NCBI GenBank assembly: GCA_026770705.1
Contig: JANJGN010000032.1
Coordinates: forward strand, 14,322,001-14,386,000
DNA: 64,000 nt
Origin: Isurus oxyrinchus
Lineage: Eukaryota
Direction: 5' to 3'
In this document: positions 52,836 to 63,045 of the stretch, piece after piece
Layout: each line of letters begins with the position of its first letter
Position numbering within the stretch: the stretch's first letter is position 1
Program-made: the position numbers and the translations under genes
The notes under the pieces: generated by a model
Database searches by the model: none
The model's input: the letters and a program-made list of their open reading frames with translations, nothing else
Told to the model about the DNA's origin: nothing

Positions 52836-54505
52836 ATGTCTGGTCACGGCAAAACTGGAGGCAAAGGGCGTGCCAAGGCCAAGACTTGCTCCTCCAGAGC
52901 TGGGGTAGAATTTTCCCCCCATTGGGCGGGGCTGTGTGCAGACCCAGTCGGCGCCCCTGATCGGGTCTGCGCTGCCATTTTACATGGGCGGGCCAATTAA
53001 GGCCTGCCCAATGTGACATGCACCCGGAAGCCCTGTGCACTCCCTGTGCAGGCAGTAGCGGGGGGGGGGGGGGGGGGGGGGTTGTTCCCTGAGTTGGGAG
53101 GTGCCTCAGGGTGATTAATTTTACGTTTTAACAGTTCAATAAAGTGTTGAAAAATTTTTTATGACATGTCCCCTCATGCAGAATATTTCCGTTGGCAAGC
53201 TGGGGACGGGGCTCGCTTGCCAATGCGGGAAGATGTTGGCGGGAATACTCGACATCATCCCACCCCATTTAAATATTCAAGAAGGCGGGGGCACAGCGCG
53301 ATCAGCTGTCCACCCGCCGACCTGTCAATGGCCAATTGAGGCCATTGACAGGGTAGTTAAATCAATTAAAGACCCTGCCCGTCCAACCTTCAGTCTGGCG
53401 GACAGGCCAGGAGCCCCAGCGCGCTTCTGATAAAACATGAAACCTCATCCACCAGCAGGATGAGGTTTTATGTAGGGTTTAAAAATCTTTAATAAAGTTT
53501 CTGTAATATTTATTAATATGTCCCATCTCATGTGACATTGTCACATGAGGGGGACATGTTAATAATTTTTTTTATTTTTCTATTTTTAAACTTTTAAAAA
53601 CTGTCAGCGCTGTCCCTGAGGCAGCACTTAGTCTCAGGGAGATGTGCGCTCTCTCGTGTGCATGCGCAAAAGAGCACACTCTGGCAGTTGGGGATTCCCT
53701 CCCCGCGCTCGCACAGGGAGCGCATAGCGTTTCCCGTCGGGCGTCACACTGGGCAGCCTTAATTGGCCTGCCCACGTAAAATGGCGGCAGGGCCCATTTC
53801 GGTGGTGGTGATCAACTGCCAGCCTGCTGCTGAGCTGGTGGGGCCCGCCCGCCTGTCAAGGGCAAAATTCTGCCCATGAGCTGCGACATGTGCATTAATT
53901 TCAATAAAAATTTTTGAGAAAATTTAAAATCATTCATGGAAACCTCATCTCACCCGTGGATGAGGTTCCACAAAAATTGCAAAGGCCGCCTGGGCCCTTC
54001 TCCTGCCTGCCAACCTTAAGATTGGATGGGCAGCTCATTTAATTATTTTAATTGTTAGTTAAGTGGCCTTAATAGGTCTTTCACAGTTTGGTGGGCCCGC
54101 AGCCGAGTCACCTGGAAATCTAAATGACGCGTGGTGATGTCAGGCCCTGCCCCTGCTCGCCGAGCCAAAGATTCTCCCACTGGTCTCCAGTTCCTCATTG
54201 GCCGTATCCACCAGCTGCTGCGCAAGGGTCACTATGCCGAGCATGTCGGGGCCGGAGCCCCCATCTACTTGGCTGCCGTCCTCCCATGCCTGATGGCCGA
54301 GATCCTCGAGCTGGCCAGCAACACGGCCTGGGACAACAAGAAGACCCGCATCATCCCCCGCCACATGCAGCTCGCCATCCGCAACGACGAGGAGCTCAAC
54401 TACCTGCTGGGAGGGGTCACCGAAGCCTGGGGTGGGGTCCTGCCCAACATCCAGGCTGTGCTGCTGCCCAAGAAAACTCGCCACCCCAGCGAGGTTTATG
54501 CCTGA
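52836..54505 (+). pseudogene. H2A: Histone H2A pseudogene split by nested MITEs (52836-52902 + 54183-54505)
   Basis: MSGHGKTGGKGRAKAKTCSSRAG | [72 protein letters not shown]. The frame is restored exactly when the MITE and one CTG are removed. Confidence 0.93.
52903..54179. mobile_element. Harbinger MITE (TSD CTG) containing a second MITE in opposite orientation (about 53179-53875, flanked by ATG)
   Basis: Outer TIRs gggtagaatttt / aagattctccca, with CTG at 52900-52902 and 54180-54182. Inner element runs cagaatattt..aaaattctgccc. Confidence 0.88.
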
Positions 54506-55624
54506 AGGGGCGAGATAAGAAAAAGATCTACAAAGCACAATTTAGGAGTGTGACGGAATACTCTCCACTTGCCTGGATGAGTGAGGCTCCAACAACACTC
54601 AAGAAGCTTGACACCATCCAGGACAAAGCAGCCCGTTTGATTGGCACCCAATCCACCACCTTCAACATTCACTCCCTCCACCACCGATGCACAGTAGCCG
54701 CAGTGTGTACCGTCTACAAGATGCACTGCAGCAACTCACCAAGCCTCTTTAGACAGCACCTTCCAAACCTACAACCACTACCATCTAGAACATGGGAACA
54801 CTACCACCTGGAAGTTCGCCTCCAAGCCACTCACCATACTGACTTGGAAATATATCGCCGTTCCTTCACTGTAGCTAGGTCAAAATCCTGGAACTCCCTC
54901 CCTAACAGTGCTGTGGGTGCACCTACACCACATGGACTGCAGTGGTTCAAGAAGGAGGCTCACCACCACCTTCTCAAGGGCAATTAGGGACGGGCAATAA
55001 ATGCTGGCCTAGCCAGTGATGTTCACATCCCACTAAAGAATAATTTAACAAAGTTCATCTTCCACAATAATAAATAAAGCCCAACTCCAAAAGCCAAAGC
55101 TTATACTTACCATCTTCCTAAAACAGGATCCCTCACGGGGATGGTTAATTTCTTGCTGGGCTTCCTGAGGTATGTGCGCGTACATGTTTAGAGATCTGAA
55201 TCAGGGATCAGGGATGGTGGTCCTGCAATGACCAGTAATTAAAGTACTGAATTAGAAGTTAACTACCACCTGATATTGCTGGTAAGTAGGATAATAAATT
55301 ATAATGATATAATCAGTTTACTTTTGATGTACATTTGAAATGAGAAAGAAGGGTTATCCACTGGTTCACTTCTATTCAATTCATTAGCTCTCCTTAAGTT
55401 CACACCCGAGATTTAAAAAAACAGCTATGGAATGGGCATCACCCAGAAACACACTTTTGTGTAGGAGGAAAATATCATTAGTATGGATGGTATGTGTCTT
55501 TGAATATAATTTCAATACCCACCCGACACTGAACAAAAATCATTGCCAGCTCCATCACGAAACACAGCTTGAGTTGCTCTCAGTTTTTTTCTTTCAATAT
55601 ATGTATTCAGTTCAATATACGTAT

Positions 55625-56435
55625 TCAGTCTTGGGATTTGGCATCACTGGCAAGGCTGGCATCTACTGGCCATCCCTAGTTGCCCAAAGAGGGTGGCAGT
55701 GGACCTTCTCCTTGAATCACTATGACCCGTGTGGTGAAGATGTTTCCAAAGTGCTGTTAGGAAGGATTTCCAGGATTTTGACCCAGGATGTGTGATCTAT
55801 GTCCAAGCTGAGATGGAGTGTAACCTGGAGGCGATGGTGTTTTCACATATTTGCTGCCTTTGTCCTTTTAGGTGGTGGAGGCCAGGGGCTTAGGAGGTGA
55901 TGCTGAAGAAGCCTTGGCAAGTTGCTCTAATGGATCCTGTAGATAGGACACACTGCAGCCTAGGTGTGCCAGCGGTGAAGGGATTGGATGCTTTTAAGGT
56001 GCAAGGGGTAGATGGTAATGCCACTGAATTTTAAAGGTAGATGGTTAGATTCTCTCTTGTTGGAGATAGTCATTGCCTGGCACTTGTGTGGCATGAACAT
56101 TACTTGCCATTTATCAGCCAAAGACTGGATGTTGTTCAGGTTTTGCTGCTTATGGGCATGGACTGCGTCACTATCTATGGAATTGGAGCTGAACACTGCA
56201 ATCATCAGCAAACAGTCCTATTTCTGACCTTTTGATAGACTGAAGGGCATTGATGAAACAGCTAAAGATAATTGGGCCTGGGACTCTACCTTAATGGATT
56301 CCTGCAATAATATCCTACGGCTAAAATGATTAACTCCAATGACATCTTCCTTTGTGTTAAGTGTGACTCCAGCCACTGAGAGCTTCCCCCCCAATCCTCT
56401 TTGACTTCAATTTTACTCCGGCTCCATGGTGCCAC
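55625..56435 (-). mobile_element. CR1-clade LINE fragment (same family as 35751-36455)
   Basis: ORF reads QQNLNNIQSLADKWQVMFMPHKCQAMTISNKRESNHLPLKF, with the family tail at the left end. Confidence 0.85.
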
Positions 56436-56459
56436 AAACCTCTAAAATCATTTTAAACA

Positions 56460-56930
56460 TCTCAATTCAATCACCCCTCAGCTTTTTAAACTCGGGGGAA
56501 TTCAAGCCAAGTTTTTGACATCTGTCCCCATAATTTAACCCTTTAAGACCTGGTATAATTCTGGAATCTGCACTGCACCCCCCTCCAAAGGCAATATAAG
56601 TTTCCTGAAGGTTAGTACCAAAACTGAACACAGTACAACAGATGGGCTCTGACAAAGGCTATATACAACTGAAGCATCACTTCCTCATTTTTGCATTTCA
56701 CCCCCTTGAGATAAAGGCCAACATTCCATTTGCCTTCTTGATGCTTTTTGTACCTGTACGCCAGCTGTTAGTGATTTGTATACCTTTATACCTTTGCTCC
56801 TCCACAACTCCTACTTTCTTGCCATTAAGAAAATATTATGATTTGTCTCAGATTCAAAGTGAGTGACAGCACACTGAACTTTACCTGCAACAGTTTTGCC
56901 CACTTATTTTGTCTGTCCAGTCCCTTCATA
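56460..56930 (-). mobile_element. CR1 LINE fragment
   Basis: IIPGLKGLNY..KLGL..KKLRGD. Confidence 0.7.
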
Positions 56931-58179
56931 ATTCCATGCTCCCAGTTACACAACTTAAATTGCTCATTATGTGAAGGCCAGCTGCTATTTTTGGTAATGC
57001 TGCATTCTGAATGTGAACATAGGCAAGTGACACAATGATATTTTTGCCATTTTCAAATTGCACTGGGTGATTAAACTCCCCATTCCAAAACAGTAGCTTA
57101 TAGAAGCAGCCATGGCACTTTCAAATGATTAGGCATGAGCTAAAGATGGCTAATTCTACAGCCAAGTCCATCACAGGAAAAGAAAACCTTGTGCTCCCCA
57201 GAGAGGACCACCAGGTCATAGCCAGGTACTGAGAGGGACCATTGTGCATGACAAAGAGAGCAGGTTGCTTTCTGTTCCTTACAGAGAGGCAGATCTACGT
57301 CAATGGACTTTGCAAGGCCTCATCAGTCTCAGTTATAGGCATGTTACTTGAAAATATGGGCACGTACATGCACAGCATGCATAAGATTCTGGTACAGCTC
57401 CAAGAGTCTCTGTTATATTCATCCAGCTCTCTCCCTTTGGCAGCCCAACGAAAAGGCAATGAGACAAAAGCAATTTGACGAGTATGTTCAAAGTTTGATG
57501 CTCTCAATCCCAAGCTGTCTGCATGTCAATAAAATGAATCAGTGAAAACTGCTGGAGGAATTTAATATTCTCAATTACTCATTACATTAACTGTGCCCCA
57601 ACTTTGGGTCTTGCCCTTTACAGTGGAAAGAACCCAAATCTGTCCAAAGCCTTCACATGTATTCATTACAGAAAGACTCAGTGTTCATCTGAATAGTTTA
57701 ACGTCTTTTCTGGATAGGTGATTAACCAAAATAGAAAATGAGAAATAGGTCTGTGATCTAAATTACATTATAAATAACATATTAAATTTCAAAATATATT
57801 AGCTAAGAGCACTCTCATAAAGGGCTCAATATTTCATACTTTATTTCTTAAATTAAACCGCTATACTAAATTACTTTTTATTAAAGTCCATGGAAGAAAC
57901 GAAGAACAATTAAACCAGTTTCATATCCCGCACTATACTTAATCACTTTATCCATTTAGATCAGAGCAATAAAGCATCCTCCAGAACTACAAATTACATT
58001 ACTTGTACTTCTTGTTCACAATAAAGTAGCATTTCAGTGTCTGAGGCCAGGTTGCTTAAATAAATTTTCGATTTTCTAATGGCATTAGCCTGGTGGAGGA
58101 CAAACCTTTTTCATATTTTTCAACAGCACCATCCAAATGTTTTTGATTTTATAGTCAATGGAAATTTCTTAAAAACATG

Positions 58180-58845
58180 CTTTACCAAGATCAGTGTTTT
58201 ATATTCCATTAGCCCATCTATTCAAACAACCTCAGGCCACTAACTGATAGCTCCGCTGACAATTGCCAATATCCCAGCTCCCCCGGACAAGGACCCCAGT
58301 ACTGAACAGTCATCAGTTCTTGGATGCTCACTGATTCCATCCCACCATAGATTCACATCCCACAGACCTCCCCTCAATTCCTTCAATCTCAGAGTTCCCC
58401 AATCTCCACAGCCACTTCAACCTCCTCCCCAAGGTTCCCAAAAATGATTGTCAGTTCAGCCTTAAGCCTATTTTAATGCCCTGCTTGAAAACTCCATATT
58501 CAACTATCTCCGTGACTCCTCTGATGCCCTCCACCACTTTAATACATTAGAGCTTTCCATCTCCAACTGTGTCCTTTTCAAGATGGACATACTGTCCCTT
58601 TATGTCTCTATAGTTCACCAGGATGGTGTTTATATCACGCTTCTTCTTACTGTCTCATACTGTTAACACTGCTTTCCATCTATGCATTTTACAGCTCATG
58701 TCTGGGTATGAATGCCAGGGTGTGGAGAGCATTTTTAAATGCTATTCATTTGTATTTTCTTCCAGTTCTGATTGAGGTTTCACACCTTGAACCATTAATG
58801 TGCTTGTGCTTTCCTCTCCATAGATGCTGACTGATTTACTGAGGG
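58180..58845 (+). mobile_element. Decayed Penelope RT fragment and terminal repeat
   Basis: LLPKVPK..YLRDSSDALHHF..LFKMDILSLYVSIVHQDG-like translation. Tail ctctccatagatgctgactga. Confidence 0.65.
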
Positions 58846-61306
58846 ACAGCTTTTAGCTACTGAGGCAGGTGGCTCAATAAAGGAAATTTCCTGACTTGCT
58901 GGACCTGCCTCAGCAAATCACTCTGCTGACCCTGGAAGCAGAGTGTAGGCAGCCATGGGAGCAGGTGAGTGCCAAAGCAGGATGATTTGAAAGCCTGCCT
59001 CAGTTCTCTGGGACTTTATTCTAGTTCTTATAGAAGTTGTTAGGCCCTCTGGCCTTCATCACTCACACCCCCTCAACGCCCCCAATGAGCACTCATGGCC
59101 CCTCATACACTCCATGCTATATCAATGCCAACTCATGCCCTCCACCCAATCCCTATGGTCCCTCATACCCTCCATCCGATCTCAATAATCACTCACCCAG
59201 AATTGACCATGGAGATCTCAGAAACCATGTGGAGATGAAAAAAAACTTCTAACAGTCTTATACAACTCTCACTCGAAAACACTTGATAGTTAAAAACAAT
59301 ACCATTCATAAAACCTATTCAAAGCTTTTAAATCTCCTATAAAAACAAACTTCTATTCAGACCCCAAGCATCTTTAAACTGCTAATCAAATTGTGAACTC
59401 AGAATCCTTGCTGAGACAATTTCAGGTTTTGAAACTAAGCCAAGCATTCATAATTACATAATAACAGCCTTTGAAGAAATGTCAACAAAGAGCTCTCTTG
59501 AAACTGCATGACCAGATGCTGTTTCTTTATGATCTATGCCTGTCAATCAAAGCAGTTCAGCAGAGGGTTTTTAAAAAAAATCACATTGACAGCTGCAGCC
59601 TTATTTTAAGAGCAGTGTATTTAAAAAAACTTCAGATCATTAGTTATACTGACCTTATCCGCCTTTCAAGAGCGTTCACAAATACTCCATCAACTCATGA
59701 CTCTCATGCTGCAGGGTAAGGCCATGGCAACAGTCAAAATGGGGTCTGCTTGAATTCAGCACTGAGTTCAAATGGTCCTATTTAGTTTGTGTTTCGCTCC
59801 TGCGTGAGTCACGTCCTGTCCCCTTCCCCACTGGCAAAAATGGGATCTGTCAGAAATGGGGGCAGGATTTCTAGGTCCCACGTGCCATTTTTAAAGGTCC
59901 GTAGAGTCTTGCTGACTGTGATAATCCAGGCCTGAACGTTTCCAGCATTTTCTACTTTGAAATCAATAGTGCTCCTTGGTTAACCCTTCACTGGTCAGTT
60001 TTCTCTCCCCCACCAAGAGACATAACTAAGGTGTGGAGGCTCAAATGATTAACAACTTTTGAAATTCTATGTAGGGAAAGGCAGGAGGCTATAAAAGTTG
60101 CAATTTTGCACTTTAGAGAAAGGTAAGACCTAGGGCTGATCTGATTATAAGATGGTGAAGGAAATGGATTGTGTTCCAGTTAATAGCTTGCTCCAACCAA
60201 ATAGGTTAGGGGGACCGGGGTAGTCATAATTTTAAGTTATTTAAGGTCAGACCTCAGTTAGACATTAGGAGATGGTTTTTTTCTCAGACGATAATGGAAT
60301 AGGCCTCTAGATCAGGCTGCCGTTTTGTACAGTGGATGCAGATTCATTGACTTCCTTGGGCTGCAATGGAGATCACTTCTTTCCAAAAGGTGAGGACTGC
60401 AAGGAATTATCGGATCCAGGGTGGTTTTGATGGCCTCGGGGTGGGCGGAGAGGAATTTTCCAGATTTACTCCCACCCAAGTTGACAGGTTTTTAAATTTG
60501 GTTTCTTGTCTCTCCCAGGAGATCACATGGTTCTTGAAAAGGAATGGGGTGGGTATATTGTGATACATAAGATATTACAATTGTGTGGGGCGCGTTGGAT
60601 GGACCAGAGGGTCATATGTGCCATGGGATCTTTAACATCCATCTAAACTAGATGAGGAATCCACTCACTATTTCATTCAGACTTGAAATGGCAGACTACG
60701 TTATTTGCTTGAAGCTTGGTCCAGGGTTTGAACACGGATGCAAAATGGCTACCTATTGATCCCTAAAGGCACTGGGGCAAAGGGGAATAGCACAATAGGC
60801 TGAGGCACACTTTGTCACTCAAAAGATGTATAGACAGCTTGGCATGGGAATAATGTGTGTCAATAGTGCTGGAGAGAAGAATGTCTTTCGAATTGCTAAT
60901 TAAATATTTGCACAGATTCTATGACCACACCACTGCCGCCCTTATCCTGCCCATGATCAAGAGGTCCAGTACAGCAGCAAAGCAATGTTTCCCTGCTGTA
61001 CACTTCAGTTAATAACAATTCTACTGAAATGATCTGATCCCAAGCATGCCATTCACAGGCTCAACATCTGCCCTAATGACATACCAAATATATTTGAAAA
61101 GGTCAGAACACAAAAAGAGAAAACACAAATTCACTTCAAACTGCTGAACCTCACTGTAATTGCAATTAATTTGACATAAACTACAGAAGATTGAGATTCA
61201 GGTGCAGCTAACAGATTTTTTTTGGTCTTTTGAGAAAACAATTACTATTTAATTGCCTCTCAAAGTGTTCTGTGTCTTGGATGTCAATGTCAAGTAACCT
61301 GCAAAG

Positions 61307-61464
61307 NNNNNNNNNNNNNNNNNNNNNNNNNNNNNNNNNNNNNNNNNNNNNNNNNNNNNNNNNNNNNNNNNNNNNNNNNNNNNNNNNNNNNNNNNNNNNN
61401 NNNNNNNNNNNNNNNNNNNNNNNNNNNNNNNNNNNNNNNNNNNNNNNNNNNNNNNNNNNNNNNN
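61307..61464. other. Assembly gap (158 N)
   Basis: Run of n characters. Confidence 1.
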
Positions 61465-61939
61465 TTGATAAGATCACCAGTTAATACCAAATAAACTCCC
61501 AACAAATAACCAACTCTGCTACAACTGGACACCAGGCAGCACCTTCCATGAACCATATATTTGCTTCACCTTCACTCTTGCTGTTCCCCACCTCTCTTAA
61601 TACTGTCCCTCCCTATTCTGTAACTTCTTCAGCCCTCTCTCCAAATTCTCCATTTCTCAGACTCTAGCTGGTTGTGCAGCCTCTCCCTGTGCCTCACCAT
61701 TGGTAGCTGTGCCTTAAACCACCCTGGCACCATGCTCTGGACAATTTTACCATGCACAGCATCAAGGAGACCTAGTAACAATAAAGTCAATGGGAATCAC
61801 AGGGCAGGGGGAAACTCCATAGTAGGAGTCATATCTAACACAAAGGAGGATGGTGGAGTTGTTGAAGATCAATCATCTCAGTCCCAGGACATCGCTGCAG
61901 GGGTTCCTCAGGGTAGTGTCCCAAGGCCAACCATCTTCA

Positions 61940-63045
61940 TAAATATAAAAGCAAAATACTGCGGATGCTGGAAATCTGAAACAAACCAAAAAAAAAAATA
62001 GCTGGAAAAACTCAGCAGGTCTGACAGCATCTGTGGAGAGGAAGACAGAGTTAACATTTCGAGTCCGTATGACTCTTCATCAGAACTAAAGAAAAATAGA
62101 AATGAGGTGAAATATAAGCAGCTTAAGGGGGGTGGGACAGGTGGAGCTGGTTAGAGGGCCAGTGATACATGGAGGCAAAGGAGAGATTGCCAAAGATGTC
62201 ATAGACAAAAAGACAAAGGGGTGTTGACGGTGGTGATATTAGCTAAAGGATGTGTTAATGGTGACATTAAGGGTGGAAAGCAGGATGAGCAAGTGACAGA
62301 TAGCCCTAGTGGGGGTGGGGTAGGGGGAAGGGATTGAAATAGGCTAAAGGGTAGAGATAAAACAATGGATGGAAATACATGTAAAATAATAATAGAAATA
62401 GGTGGGAAAAGAAAAATATATTTTAAAAATATATAAATTATTAGAAAAAAGGGGATCAGAAAGGGGGTGGGGATGGAGGAGAGAGTTCATGATCTGAAGT
62501 TGTTGAACTCAATGTTAAGTCCAGAAGGCTGTAAAGTGCCTAATCGGAAGATGAGGTGCTGTTCCTCCAGTTTGCGTTGAGCTTCACTGGAACAATGCAG
62601 CAGGCCAAGGACGGACATGTGGGCATGAGAGCAGGGTGGAGTGTTGAAATGGCCAGCGACAGGGAGGTCTGGATCATGCTTGCAGACAGAACGAAGGTGT
62701 TCTGCAAAGCGGTCACCCAGTCTGCGTTTGGTCTCTCCAATGTAGAGGAAACCGCATTGGGAGCAACGAATGCAGTAGACTAAATTGAGGGAAGTGCAAG
62801 TGAAATGCTGCTTCACTTGAAAGGAGTGTTTGGGCCCTTGGACGGTGAGGAGGTGGGGGGGAAGTAAAGGGGCAGGTGTTGCACCTTCTGTGGTTGCATG
62901 GGAAGGTGCCATGGGAAGGGGTTCAGGTGTAGGGGATGATGGAGGAGTGGACCAAGGTGTCCCGGAGGGAACGATCCCTACGGAATGCTGACAGGGGTGG
63001 TGAAGGGAAGATGAGTTTGGTGGTGGCATCATGCTGGAGCTGGCA
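61940..63045 (-). mobile_element. Penelope-like element 3' part: GIY-YIG endonuclease, 3' UTR and terminal repeat
   Basis: FQVKQHFTCTSLNLVYCIRCSQCGFLYIGETKRRLGDRFAEHLRSV..VAGHFN..RKLEEQHLIFRLGTLQPSGLN*. Confidence 0.95.
62049..62087 (-). ncRNA. Minimal type-I hammerhead ribozyme motif in the Penelope terminal repeat
   Basis: Minus strand reads AGUU-CUGAUGA-A-GAGUC auacg GACUC-GAAA-UGUU-AACU: core boxes, 5-bp helix II and 4-bp helix I (AGUU/AACU). Confidence 0.7.

Larger units (their letters stand above)
52581..55045 (+). mobile_element. CR1-clade LINE 3' fragment (52581-52683 and 54526-55045) interrupted by a tRNA-Trp/H2A cassette
   Basis: Left part ends ccccaaagtctgtccacca and right part begins atctacaaagcacaa. 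These are contiguous (ctgtccaccatctacaaggcacaa) in the copy at about 35973-35996. Confidence 0.9.

Noticed and set aside
54124-54987. 287-aa ORF suggesting a histone-RT fusion protein
   Set aside because: It reads H2A out of frame from a start inside the MITE and runs into LINE ORF2. The H2A frame itself stops at 54505.
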